DNA from: an uncultured Nitrospinota bacterium
GTDB lineage: Bacteria; Tectomicrobia; Entotheonellia; J063; CAVPRW01
NCBI GenBank assembly: GCA_963707985.1
Contig: CAVPRW010000015.1
Location: 1 to 64,000, forward strand
Length of the DNA stretch: 64,000 nt
Direction of reading: 5' to 3'
In this document: one piece after another, positions 10,824-20,918 of the stretch
Layout: the number at the start of each line of letters is the position of its first letter
How positions within the stretch are numbered: the first letter of the stretch is position 1
Notes under the pieces: generated by a model
Databases searched by the model: none
What the model was told of the DNA's origin: nothing
What the model saw: only the letters and a program-made list of their open reading frames with translations
Translations under genes and position numbers: made by a program

Positions 10824-11498
10824 GTGCCTATTTACCTCTCGATGCATATTATCGCGTGTATGACGCGTCAGGGCTTAAACCAGTTGATCGCCACCATGCA
10901 GGCGGCAGAGGAGATACGATTCATCCGCGCCTCCGCCAGTCAAATGGCGGGGCGGCTGCTCTGCGAATTTGAAGCCCCGGATCAGGATACGCTCCTGCGA
11001 GTTTTGGACCAGCATCACATTGCCCATGATTGGATTATTCGGTCGGAATTGACCTGGGGAGAGCCGACGGCCGCCAGTACACCAGCGGTGGCGGGGAGTG
11101 AGTTGTCGGGGGCTCAGGCGTCATCGACAGGGCCGGAAACCGTGCCGCAGAGCCAGACCCTGGTCGCCGCTGAGGTCCACGGTGCGCCCTCTGGCATTCA
11201 GCAATCGAGCCCTGCCCCAGCAGCGTCCAGCGAGCCGAGCGAAGCAACCACTTTGCATATCCTGCGGACCCTCAGAGATGAATCGGCCTGGCAGACGATC
11301 AGGATCCAACACGACATGCAGTCCGTAGCGGTGCTGTTGATGCACGACGCCGTCCTAACCCCGCCACCACTCGAGGTCCCCATGTACACCTGCGAAGCCG
11401 ATGTCATGGCACGAGGCATCACCTCGCCGCTACCACGGCTCACCTACGGCCAAATCGTCGACCTGATCTTTGCCTGTAAACGGGTGATGGTGTGGTAA
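10824..11498 (+). CDS. Two-domain protein: DUF4242/SCO4226-like N-terminus, low-complexity linker, DsrH/TusB-like C-terminus
   Basis: N-terminus MPIYLSMH..LLCEFEAPDQDTL..HH. A/S/P-rich linker. C-terminus TLHILR..VLLMHDAV..EADVMARG..LTYGQIVDLIFACKRVMVW. RBS gaggag. Confidence 0.7.
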   Translation: MPIYLSMHIIACMTRQGLNQLIATMQAAEEIRFIRASASQMAGRLLCEFEAPDQDTLLRVLDQHHIAHDWIIRSELTWGEPTAASTPAVAGSELSGAQASSTGPETVPQSQTLVAAEVHGAPSGIQQSSPAPAASSEPSEATTLHILRTLRDESAWQTIRIQHDMQSVAVLLMHDAVLTPPPLEVPMYTCEADVMARGITSPLPRLTYGQIVDLIFACKRVMVW

Positions 11499-11624
11499 AT
11501 CGAGGCAGAGTGCATCATGATCGTCAGAATACAGCTCTCGTCGGAGGGTGATAGCAGCGCCAGGCTCAGGACGGGTGGACGGCAAGAGATTAGCTCAAGG
11601 GATCCCTAGAAACGGAGGGTTCAC

Positions 11625-12899
11625 ATGCAGCAACTGTTCATTGGTGCAACGGTGATCGATGGGACGGGTGCTCCCCCACAGCGCGATGCAGCTGTTCTCG
11701 TCAACGGGGCACGGATAGAAGCCGTGGGACCCAGTCATGCCATGACCAGACCGCCGTCCGCCGAGGTCATCGAATGCTCGGGGCTAACACTACTCCCCGG
11801 TTTGATCGACTGCCATGACCATCTGGCGAGCCACACCTACAGCCTGGCTCATCGTTGGGGGCTTGACCAGCCGCAGAGCACCAGACACGTGCGGACGGCG
11901 ACGGTGCTCCAACACACGCTTGCCACCGGATATACCACTGTGCGCGAGGCCGCTGGATTGGATGCCGGATTCAAGCAGGCCATGGAGGAAGGGCTTATCC
12001 AGGGACCACGCTTGCTGTTGGCAATCAACATCATCTCGCCCATTGGCGGCATCGGTGATCGCATCAGCCCCTCCGGCCATACCTGTTGTGTCCCCACGGA
12101 CCCAGTCCCTGCCGGAGGGAGTCGCCAATGGCGTCGACGGGGTGCGCGCGGCCGTGCGCACGATGGTGCGTGCAGGCGCTGATGTGATCAAATGCGCCAC
12201 CACTGGAGGCGCCAGCTCCCGACCTGGCCACGGTCCCAAAGATTCCGCCTTCAATTTGGATGAGATGAAAGCGCTTGTCGACGAGGCGCACGCGCTTGGC
12301 CGACGGGTCATGTGCCATGCCCTGGGGGGACGAGGCCTGCGAACGGCGTCGAGGCCGGTGTGGACTCCATCGAGCACGGCTGTTACCTGGACGAGGACCC
12401 GGAACTGATCACCATCATGGCAGAAAAAGGGATTTTTCTCGTCCCCACCTTCACCGTGTATATCTTTCACCGCGAGGTCAGCCCTCCCCATGTTCGAGTC
12501 CGGGGTCGCGACCTGGAACCGCACCACATCGAAAGTTTGCACAGGGCACTGGAAGCAGGTGTGAAAGTTGGAGCCGGTACGGATGCCGGTGGGCATCAAC
12601 ATCACATCAACGCTCGTGAGCTGCAGTGTATGGTTGAAGCCGGAATGTCTCCTATGCAGGCACTGCAAACCGCAACCGGCTGGGCGGCTGAATGCCTGGG
12701 GATCGAGAGCGACGTCGGCACCATCCAACCTGGAAAGCTGGCCGACTTGCTGGTCGTCGACGGCGATCCGCTGGAGAATATTGCCATGCTACAGGAGCAC
12801 GAGCGCATTAAACTGGTGTTCAAGGAAGGCCAGCGCTGCGTCGACCGCCGCGTCAATCCGGCGGTTCTACCGCTTCCGCAGCCTGGTGCGAGGGCCTGA
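11625..12899 (+). CDS. Metal-dependent amidohydrolase (Xaa-Pro dipeptidase-like); two frameshifts (about 12105 and 12350)
   Basis: TLLPGLIDCHDH, GADVIKCATTGG, VMCHA, GVDSIEHG, AGTDAG and GTIQPGKLADLLVVDGDPL occur in three consecutive overlapping ORFs. Confidence 0.9.
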
Positions 12900-13319
12900 T
12901 TATCCGTGGATAAGCCTTGTGTCCCAGGCATCTCAGACTGGTTTGGTTCACAGGGCCTGCGGTTCGGAAGATCTAGAGCTGAAGGCGCACCGGGTTGAAG
13001 TGATTTGCCTCAACCCGGCGCGTGGAGACGGCGCGTTACCCGGCCACGTGGACTGCCATGGCCAGACAGGATTGGTCGCCTAGCGTGCGTGTGGTATGAC
13101 CACGACCGGTGGTGTCCTCACCAGATGTGGGATTCACCATCAGCACCGAAGGATATCACCCATGCCGACGCGGGGCGGGTGCCAATCGATAAATTGCTCG
13201 CGGAATTCTGCAGCCGAATCCAGATACACCCAGAATCCGGAGCTCCGGATGTTCTTGCGCTCCTATTGTCCCAGACCGTATACGTTCACCAGCCAGACGA
13301 CTCCGGCCTCTCTGTTGCT

Positions 13320-13351
13320 CCCTCTCCCACTGGGAGAGGGCTGGAGTGAGG
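13320..13351. repeat. REP-like palindromic repeat, copy 1
   Basis: ccctctcccactgggagagggctggagtgagg. Confidence 0.8.
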
Positions 13352-13361
13352 AAAGCGCTCT

Positions 13362-15056
13362 CTACGGTGTCGCTACCTTCCGATAGCTCTCATCACGACT
13401 CACCATCACATCGATCACCGTCGGCACATTCGCCGTCTTCGCCTTCTCGATGGCAGGAGCGATGTCCTGCGGTTTCTCAACATGGATGCCCTGGCAGCCG
13501 AAGCCTTGTGCGATGGCCGCGAAATCGGTCTGGATGTACTCGGCAATCTCAGGCCGATCGAGTCGATCATCACGCACCCATCCCAGGGCCGAATCATTCA
13601 TCACCACAAAGATGGTCGGCGCGTGGTATTGCAGGGCCGTCGACAGCACATGCAGGCTCATCGCGAAGCCGCCGTCGCTGCTGACACTGACGCAGGTACG
13701 ATCAGGATTCAGGAGCTTCGCTCCCACCGCGGCCGCTGGAGCCCAGCCCATGCCCGCGATGCCGCCAGGGACGATCATCGTTCCGACCTCCCGCGGTTGA
13801 TAGTGATGGATCATGAATAGGCGGTTTTTACCGGCATCCAGGGTCAGGATGGCTGAAGGGTCGAGGCTCTCATTCATGAGGCGGATAAGCCGCTGATGGC
13901 GGATCGGCACATCATCGGCGAAGAGTTCTGGGGCCTGATGAAAACCAGCCGCCTGTTTGCGTTCCTGTAAACGCTGCTGCCGTGAGGCTGCCTGCGGTGG
14001 CTGCGGGGCATCGAGGCCACGGGCACGGTCGACCAGCTGGTGCAGCACAGCCTTGGCGTCGCCGATCAAATTGACCGCAGTGGGGAAGATCCACCCGGCG
14101 TTGCGGGGATCGATATCGACCTGGATAAGACGCTGGCGCTTGGGGTCGATGAACTCTGGGTTTTCTCGACGCGTGGTATTCGGAGACAGATGACAGCCGA
14201 TCACGAGTATCACATCCGCTTCCGCGACCGCCTCATTCGCCGCTTTCTGGCCGAACGTCCCCATCAGTCCGACCGCCAGGGGATGATCCTCCGGTATGGT
14301 GCTCTTGCCTTTGGCACTGGTGGCCACAGGCGCTCCAAGGAACTCGGCTAGCGAGCGTAGCTCGCCATAGGCTTTTGCCATGTGCACGCCGTTGCCCGCG
14401 ACGATGAGCGGACGCTCTGCTCGCAACAGTAGTTGCAGCGCTTGCTCCACATCCTCTTCTGCCGCTGGCGGCGGGGAGCCTTTGAGATACCCCGCCGTGG
14501 GGAAGAGGACCGGAGGAATATCTGCATCCACTTCATCCAGGACCGCATTACGGCGCAGTAACACACACGCGGGACCGGGACGCCCGACAGTCGAGTGCTT
14601 GATGGCTAATTGTAGTCCCTGCACGGCTTCTTTAGGCGTGGTGGCATAGGTGGTGTATTTGGTGATGGCTTTGAAGACGCTGAGGAGATCGACCGAGCCA
14701 TGCTCGCCGGTGCCGCCCTGGTATGAGCCATGCTGGGCAAAGACGCCGGCTTCGCTGGTATCCGTCAGCGCGATCATGGGAGAGCTACTCATGAATGCTT
14801 CCATGATCCCGAATGCCCCAGTCGAACCGATAAACACGCCCTGCCCGAGCAATACTCCCGGCTTGCCGGTCAGCCGGCCGTATACATCGGCCATGATGGA
14901 GGCAGCTTGCTCATGCCGGGTGAGGATAAAGCGGATCTTGTCACGGTGGTCGTGGATGGCATTGAACAGCGGGCCAGTCCCGCCGCCGGGGATGCCGAAG
15001 ACGTGATCGATCCCCGCTTCGATGAGCACTTCACACATTTGCTGGCAGGCCTGCAT
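13362..15056 (-). CDS. Thiamine diphosphate-dependent enzyme (acetolactate synthase large subunit-like)
   Basis: HVFGIPGG, TRHEQAASIMAD, GRPGP, PLIVAGNGV, IQVDID and the ThDP motif SDGGFAM...MNDSALG. RBS ggaggaaagg. Confidence 0.92.
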   Translation of the reverse strand: MQACQQMCEVLIEAGIDHVFGIPGGGTGPLFNAIHDHRDKIRFILTRHEQAASIMADVYGRLTGKPGVLLGQGVFIGSTGAFGIMEAFMSSSPMIALTDTSEAGVFAQHGSYQGGTGEHGSVDLLSVFKAITKYTTYATTPKEAVQGLQLAIKHSTVGRPGPACVLLRRNAVLDEVDADIPPVLFPTAGYLKGSPPPAAEEDVEQALQLLLRAERPLIVAGNGVHMAKAYGELRSLAEFLGAPVATSAKGKSTIPEDHPLAVGLMGTFGQKAANEAVAEADVILVIGCHLSPNTTRRENPEFIDPKRQRLIQVDIDPRNAGWIFPTAVNLIGDAKAVLHQLVDRARGLDAPQPPQAASRQQRLQERKQAAGFHQAPELFADDVPIRHQRLIRLMNESLDPSAILTLDAGKNRLFMIHHYQPREVGTMIVPGGIAGMGWAPAAAVGAKLLNPDRTCVSVSSDGGFAMSLHVLSTALQYHAPTIFVVMNDSALGWVRDDRLDRPEIAEYIQTDFAAIAQGFGCQGIHVEKPQDIAPAIEKAKTANVPTVIDVMVSRDESYRKVATP

Positions 15057-15311
15057 TGTCCTTTCCTCCGCTGAGCAACGTTCTCCCAAGTGGTAGGTGG
15101 CTGATATCCCCGTATCGCCAATGCTCCAATCTCCTATCACAGGCGTGGGGCATGATCAAGCGGAAAAATATGCCCCTCGAACTCGTCTCCTGCCCAAGGG
15201 AGCCCAGTGATATCGTGTCTTCGTGCCCTGTGGCTTCGAGGCCGGCGATCTGCCAGTCGCAGATCGAGACAGCGGTTCTGCGGCCAAAGCGATACCCACA
15301 CACGGCTTTCC

Positions 15312-15340
15312 TTGACGCCACCTTTCTTCTGGACTATGAT
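15312..15340 (+). promoter_or_regulatory. Sigma-70-type promoter of the cold-shock gene
   Basis: TTGACG-17 bp-TATGAT about 150 bp upstream of the ATG. A long 5' UTR is typical of csp genes. Confidence 0.6.
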
Positions 15341-15488
15341 GCGCGCATGTCCAGCAGTCGCCAGCAGTGGTCGATCCTCGCGAGACCTCAAGGGACCGCG
15401 CGCCGATTCGAGTGCGGCCTGCGGTTTTTCTGGTGCTTCGATCATGCCCGGCGGCCTTCTTTCAACCCTAGGTCAGGAGGGTCATACC

Positions 15489-15704
15489 ATGGCCAGTGGG
15501 ACGGTCAAGTGGTTTAACGCGGACAAAGGATTCGGGTTCATCACCCAAGCCAATGGCCCGGATGTCTTCGTCCACTACTCAGCGATTGAAGCGTCGGGCT
15601 TCAAAGCCCTAAATGAAGGCGACGAGGTCGAGTTTGAGGTCGTCGCGGGTCCCAAAGGACCACAGGCCAAGTCTGTAAGAAAGGTGGCCGGCACGGCTCG
15701 CTAG
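15489..15704 (+). CDS. cspA: Cold-shock protein (CspA family)
   Basis: [33 protein letters not shown] (RNP1/RNP2). RBS aggagg. Confidence 0.95.
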   Translation: MASGTVKWFNADKGFGFITQANGPDVFVHYSAIEASGFKALNEGDEVEFEVVAGPKGPQAKSVRKVAGTAR

Positions 15705-15809
15705 TGCCTCGGCACGACGATCCGTGAACGCTTCGCTGGTGACGAGCCTTGCGAACTCTTCCTCGCCATGGGGAAGGGCTCGCAAGGGGGTTATGCTGGC
15801 GACCATTCC

Positions 15810-18107
15810 TTAGCCACCACTTGCCCATTGGATGGGGCCACCCGCACCCCGTAGCTTTCGCAACAGCGCGAGGTCCAGAGTGATCTCGGGCACTGGTTCT
15901 CCTTGCAGAGCACGTAAGATGTGATCGGCGCTGAGAGGAAGCTCTTTGAGGCGCACCCCGACCGCATCCTCAATGGCATTGGCGATGGCCGCCGGCGGGC
16001 CGAACCCTGGTGGTTCCGCCACCGCTCGCGCGCCGAATGGCCCATCATCGGTGGGCACCTCCACCAGCACATTTTCGATGGTCGGGATGTCTGGCGCCAG
16101 CGGCATGAGGTAGGTGGTGAGCGATGGGTTGACAATGTGTCCATCCTGAATCACCACGGCTTCGCTGAGCGCCCGTCCGATACCCTGCACAGCTCCACCC
16201 TCGATCTGTCCTTCTACAGCCATGGGGTTAATCGCCACTCCAACGTCCTGGGCTTGCACGAACCGTACGATATGAACTCTGCCCGTCTCCTTGTCCACCT
16301 TGACTTCCACCGCCTGCGCGTTGAACACCGGAGCGAAGGGCATGGAGGATAGGGAAGCCGTGCCCATAATGGGGCCAGCTTTGGACGTATTGCTCAGGCG
16401 GGCGAGTTCACCCAGGGAATAGCCCCGCTCCGGATTGTCCAGCACAGACACGCGCCCTCCCGCACACGCTAGGGCCTCCACCGGCACCTGTAAGCGCTCA
16501 GCCGCCAGCGCGAGAAGCTTCCGCTTCGCCTCCTCGGCGGCCATTTGCACCACTTTGCCCTGGCTGTAGGTGATGCGGCTGCCGCCGCTGGGGCCAGTAA
16601 ATGGGGCGAGATCGGTATCACGTCTGGCGACGATGACCTGCTGCATGTCTGCCCCCAGCACCATCGCGGCGATCTGAGCCAGCACGGTATCCGTTCCGGT
16701 GATATCCACCGAGCCGGTGAGCAGGATCAGCGTCCCATCCTCGTTGATGCTGATGGAGGCAGTCGAAGGGCCACTGCCGCTGCGCCACTGGCAGACGGCC
16801 AGGCCGACACCATGGCCTTCTTCCAACTGCCGGGGCCAGTGCATACGGTCCCTAACGGCTTCCAGGGTCTGCGGCAGACCGTTGCGAGGAATGCGGCCGC
16901 CCTGGATGGCGATGTCCCCTTCTTTCAGGATATTCTTCATGCGGAACTCCCAGGGGTCTATGCCGAGTCGGCGCGCGATGATGTCGGTGTGGGACTCGAC
17001 GGCGAAGGTGACGTCGGCCACACCGGAGGCGCGATAGGAGCCAGCCCAGATTTTATTGGTATAGACGGCGTAGGAGCGCACGCGGTGGTTGGGGATATTG
17101 TAAGGTCCAACGGTATGGCTGACGCCAGATTGTACTCCTGCCCCAAGATAGGCGCCCATATCGAAGATGCTGATGGCCTCGCGCGCCACGATGGTGCCGT
17201 CTTTCAGTACCCCGGTCTTCAAGTAGACGGTGGTTGGGAGCCGGAACCCGGAAAGGGTGAACACCTCCTCACGGGTGGCAACCATTTTCACCGGCTTGCC
17301 GGTCTTGAGCGCCAGGAACACCGGGTACGGCTCCAGGCAGAGGCGCAGTTTGGCACCGAAGCCGCCACCTAACTCCATGGGAATGACGCGCAGTCGCGAC
17401 ATGGGTATCTGCAGCACGGCAGCCAGACTGGCCCGCACCGCATATGGTCCCTGCGTCGAGGTCCAGACGTTGATGCGGCCCGAAGGGTCAACGTTCGCCA
17501 TGCATGCCATAGGTTCCAGATAGCCCTGGTTAATACCTTGGGAGCGGAATGTATCCTCGAAGATAGAGTCCGCTTCCGCAAAGGCCTTGTCCACATCGCC
17601 CCGATCACCCTCCAAAATGGTGCAGACATTGCCGCCCATGCCGGCTGCAAAGCCGTCATAGCGGGGGAGGTCTGCGTGGACCAAGGGAGCCTCGGCCCTC
17701 AGGGCGTCGACAGGATCCCTAACCGCTGGCAGGTCTTCATAGATCACCTGAATGAGTTCGAGCGCCTCGAGCGCTGCGATCTCGTCTACCGCGGCCACGG
17801 CTGCCAGTGGTTCCCCCACGAAGCGCACCTTCTCCAGGGCAAAGACGCGGCGATCTTTGACCACTCCGGAGCCGAAGCGTATGTTGGGGATATCTTTCCC
17901 GGTGATCACAGCCCGCACGCCCGCAACCTGTTCTGCTTGAGAGGTATCGATTCCGAGGATCCGAGCATGCGGTCGGTTGGACTTCAACACCTTGCAGACC
18001 AGCATGCCTGGAAGGTATACATCACCGGCGTACTGAGACCTCCCTGACACCTTATCTGCGGCATCCACCCTGGGATAGCTCTTTCCCAAGACTAGCTCTT
18101 CGGCCAT
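15810..18107 (-). CDS. Xanthine dehydrogenase-family molybdopterin-binding large subunit
   Basis: LGGGFGAK, SYRASG, GGSRIT, AINPMAVEGQIEGGAVQGIG and GARAVAEPP. Confidence 0.93.
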   Translation of the reverse strand: MAEELVLGKSYPRVDAADKVSGRSQYAGDVYLPGMLVCKVLKSNRPHARILGIDTSQAEQVAGVRAVITGKDIPNIRFGSGVVKDRRVFALEKVRFVGEPLAAVAAVDEIAALEALELIQVIYEDLPAVRDPVDALRAEAPLVHADLPRYDGFAAGMGGNVCTILEGDRGDVDKAFAEADSIFEDTFRSQGINQGYLEPMACMANVDPSGRINVWTSTQGPYAVRASLAAVLQIPMSRLRVIPMELGGGFGAKLRLCLEPYPVFLALKTGKPVKMVATREEVFTLSGFRLPTTVYLKTGVLKDGTIVAREAISIFDMGAYLGAGVQSGVSHTVGPYNIPNHRVRSYAVYTNKIWAGSYRASGVADVTFAVESHTDIIARRLGIDPWEFRMKNILKEGDIAIQGGRIPRNGLPQTLEAVRDRMHWPRQLEEGHGVGLAVCQWRSGSGPSTASISINEDGTLILLTGSVDITGTDTVLAQIAAMVLGADMQQVIVARRDTDLAPFTGPSGGSRITYSQGKVVQMAAEEAKRKLLALAAERLQVPVEALACAGGRVSVLDNPERGYSLGELARLSNTSKAGPIMGTASLSSMPFAPVFNAQAVEVKVDKETGRVHIVRFVQAQDVGVAINPMAVEGQIEGGAVQGIGRALSEAVVIQDGHIVNPSLTTYLMPLAPDIPTIENVLVEVPTDDGPFGARAVAEPPGFGPPAAIANAIEDAVGVRLKELPLSADHILRALQGEPVPEITLDLALLRKLRGAGGPIQWASGG

Positions 18108-18173
18108 GACGCTCCTCCTCTCCCTAATACTCGTTAGCCTCCGGCATCCCCACCCTGCCCTGCGCTATTTGCC

Positions 18174-18206
18174 CCCTCTCCCACTGGGAGAGGGCTGGGG
18201 TGAGGG
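18174..18206. repeat. REP-like palindromic repeat, copy 2 (inside an operon)
   Basis: ccctctcccactgggagagggctggggtgaggg. Confidence 0.8.
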
Positions 18207-18232
18207 AAGCCCAGCAGGGTCTGGCTTCTGCT

Positions 18233-18718
18233 CTACGCCCCTGCGGCGGGCATCACCTCGGCCGCCTTCAGGATGGCCTGGACCACCTTGGCGTAGCCGG
18301 TGCACCGGCACAAATTTCCGCCGATGCCGAACCGGACGTCCTCCTCCGTGGGATGCGGATTCTCAAGCAGCAGCCCCACTGCGGACATGATCAAGCCGGG
18401 TGTGCAATAGCCGCATTGCACTCCACCATAGGTGACGAAGGCCTCTTGCACCGGATGCAGCTTGTTGCCCTGTGCTAGCCCCTCCACCGTAATCACTTCT
18501 TTACCCATGGCATCCAGTGCCAGCACCATGCAAGAGGTCGCTGTCTTCCCCTGGATGAGCACGGTGCACGCGCCACAATCGCCTTCATCACACCCCCGCT
18601 TGGTGCCCGTCAGTTGCAGATGGTCCCGGAGCAGATCGAGCAAGGACCAGTATGGCTCAACCAACAGTTCATAGGGTTCGCCGTTGATGGTCAGTCGTAG
18701 TACCTGTTTCATAGTCAT
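18233..18718 (-). CDS. (2Fe-2S)-binding small subunit, XDH/CoxS family
   Basis: GTKRGCDEGDCGACTVL, QCGYCTPG and GNLCRCTGY. Confidence 0.95.
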   Translation of the reverse strand: MTMKQVLRLTINGEPYELLVEPYWSLLDLLRDHLQLTGTKRGCDEGDCGACTVLIQGKTATSCMVLALDAMGKEVITVEGLAQGNKLHPVQEAFVTYGGVQCGYCTPGLIMSAVGLLLENPHPTEEDVRFGIGGNLCRCTGYAKVVQAILKAAEVMPAAGA

Positions 18719-18726
18719 CAACTCCC

Positions 18727-19647
18727 TCAAAGCATGGCCTCAGCTGCTAGCGCGCGCTGCGTTGGGAACGGAAAGTTAGCGCCTTGGGCCATCTGGATGG
18801 CCGATCGCAATGTACGCCCGGTGAGCGCCTCAACGATGGCGCGTCGATGGCGTGCCGTGCCTCGGATGTCATCGATGGGCCTGGCATCGTCGCTGGCCGC
18901 GCGCGCGGCTTCCTGGATCAGCCCGGCTTCAAGGCGCTGGCCACGCAGGAGTGCCTCGGCTGACCTGGCCCGCACGACCGTGGGGGCGACAGCGCCTAGG
19001 CTAATCTTGACCTCCCGACAGACGCCGTTCTGACCCTCTAAAGTGACTATCGACGCCACACCCACCGTAGAGATGTCCATGGCGCTGCGCGGGCTATGTT
19101 TAATATAGAGCCCTCCAGTGTGGGGTGGTGGCGGTGGCAAGTGCAGCTCTATGAGGAGCTCTGCGGGGCGCAGGGCCGTGCGTCCGGGGCCCATGAAAAA
19201 ACTCTCCAGGGGCACGAGCCGCTCACCCTCCGGGCCAACAAGGCGGCATTCAGCTCCATAGGCGACCAGCGCTGGCAGGGTATCTCCCGACGGGGAGGCA
19301 TTACAGATATTGCCCCCGACGGTCGCCAAGTTGCGAATCTGCACCCCGGCAAAAGTGGTGGCTGCCTGGGACAGGGCGGGGTAGTGCTGCTGGATGAGCG
19401 GATGCAGCTCTAGCGTCCGAATGGTGACTAGAGACCCCAGGCTGAGTCCGGTCGTCGGGGTATAATCGACGCCGTCCAGCCCCGGGATGTGTTGAATGCT
19501 GAGCACGGCCCGCGGTTTCCACAGGCCCTGTCGCCATCGCACCAGGAAATCGGTCGCCCCGGCCACGATTCGGGTGCCCTCGTCCTGGCCCAGCAATGTG
19601 ATAGCTTCCGGGAGCGTGCGGGCTTGCAGGTATTCAAAGCGGTTCAT
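18727..19647 (-). CDS. FAD-binding medium subunit, XDH/CoxM family
   Basis: IVAGATD, QIRNLATVGGNICNASPSGD and PIDDIRGTARHR. Confidence 0.93.
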   Translation of the reverse strand: MNRFEYLQARTLPEAITLLGQDEGTRIVAGATDFLVRWRQGLWKPRAVLSIQHIPGLDGVDYTPTTGLSLGSLVTIRTLELHPLIQQHYPALSQAATTFAGVQIRNLATVGGNICNASPSGDTLPALVAYGAECRLVGPEGERLVPLESFFMGPGRTALRPAELLIELHLPPPPPHTGGLYIKHSPRSAMDISTVGVASIVTLEGQNGVCREVKISLGAVAPTVVRARSAEALLRGQRLEAGLIQEAARAASDDARPIDDIRGTARHRRAIVEALTGRTLRSAIQMAQGANFPFPTQRALAAEAML

Positions 19648-19757
19648 CGCGCTTGCTCTCCTCTGTCGGTTCCTCCCGTGCCATGCTCGTGTCCGCCAGC
19701 GGCGAGGGACACATGACAGCCGGCGTCCACGCCGCTCTCACGCCCTCACATGGCAGG

Positions 19758-20756
19758 TCAATCCGGGAAAAGATCGCGCATTTCGGGAATCACCCACAAT
19801 GGGGGCTGACCCTGGGCCACCCGTTGGATGTTGGCGTAGCCGTTCCGGAAGCGCTTGCGGAAACTATCCACGGTAGGGCCGGCGGTATGCGGGGTAAGTG
19901 TGACATTCGGCAAAGTCAGCAGCGGATTCGTGGGGTCCGCCGGTTCCTTTTCTTGCGTGTCGAGGCCGGCCGCCAGGATACGTCCTCGCTTGAGCGCATC
20001 GACCAGGGCAGGCTCGTCGACCACTTCGCCACGACAGGTATTAATCAGGATCGCCTTGGGTTTCATGCGGCCCAAGGCGTCGGCATTGATCATCTGTCGG
20101 GTGTTGTCGTTGAGCGGCACGTGCAGACTCACCACATCGGCGGTCTCAAGCAGGGTGTTGAAGGGGACATATTGGATCCCCAAGCGCGCTTCATCTTCCG
20201 GGCTGCGCCGGAAGGCATCGTAATAGATCAGGTTGACATCAAACGGCTTGAGCCGATGGACCACCTGCTGTCCGATGAACCCCAGCCCGACGATCCCCAC
20301 CGTTTTTCCCTCGAGCTCGAAGATGTCGACGTTGCGGGGGATCCCTTCATGCCATCGACCTTGGGCGACGTTGTGATGAAAGGCGACCAGCTTGCGATAG
20401 ACGGCCAGGATGAGCATGATGGTATGCTCGGCGACAGCCACGGAGTTGGCACCGCCATTCTGGCAGATCGGCACACGTGCCTTGCGGGCCCCCTCGATGT
20501 TGATGCGGTCATACCCAGCACTTAGGACCTGGACCAATTTCAGCTGTTTAGCGTCCGTATAAGCCTCGTCCGGCAGGGGCCGGATAAAGCCTACCAGGTA
20601 TTCGGCGTCGCGCATCGCGGCTGCGATATCCGCCGCGCTGGCATTCCCCGGCAGCATGTGGAGGTTGAAGCCCTCCGGTTTCATGCTCCACGCCTCCTCG
20701 AGAACATCCGGGGGCATCTCACGACCTGGAGTGAAGACAATGGTTTCCTCAGGCAT
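19758..20756 (-). CDS. D-isomer-specific 2-hydroxyacid dehydrogenase
   Basis: SAGYDRI, VAEH, VGIVGLGFIG, VSLHVPL, INTCRGEVVDE and TPHTAG. Confidence 0.92.
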   Translation of the reverse strand: MPEETIVFTPGREMPPDVLEEAWSMKPEGFNLHMLPGNASAADIAAAMRDAEYLVGFIRPLPDEAYTDAKQLKLVQVLSAGYDRINIEGARKARVPICQNGGANSVAVAEHTIMLILAVYRKLVAFHHNVAQGRWHEGIPRNVDIFELEGKTVGIVGLGFIGQQVVHRLKPFDVNLIYYDAFRRSPEDEARLGIQYVPFNTLLETADVVSLHVPLNDNTRQMINADALGRMKPKAILINTCRGEVVDEPALVDALKRGRILAAGLDTQEKEPADPTNPLLTLPNVTLTPHTAGPTVDSFRKRFRNGYANIQRVAQGQPPLWVIPEMRDLFPD

Positions 20757-20918
20757 AAGGCTCTCCGCACCGCTCCAGCGCGCGCTGTTGGGTCGACGCT
20801 GCGCCGGGCGGTCCACTCTGGTGTTTCCTGCGACAGTGATTGACTTCGAAACATGCAACTTGCACACGCTACGCTGCTACTGTATGCGGCTGGGCGCTAC
20901 GAGAGCAAGACCGAATCG

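Noticed and set aside
12900..13320. Possible gene between the amidohydrolase and the ThDP enzyme
   Set aside because: No frame gives a convincing ORF with an RBS or motif. It may be a decayed fragment.
13362..15056. Biosynthetic ilvB
   Set aside because: There is no small subunit or ilvC nearby and the motifs are divergent, so only a family-level call is justified.
15810..19647. Aerobic CO dehydrogenase (coxMSL)
   Set aside because: The gene order fits, but the large subunit lacks AYxCSFR (it has SYRASG) and no cox accessory genes are present.
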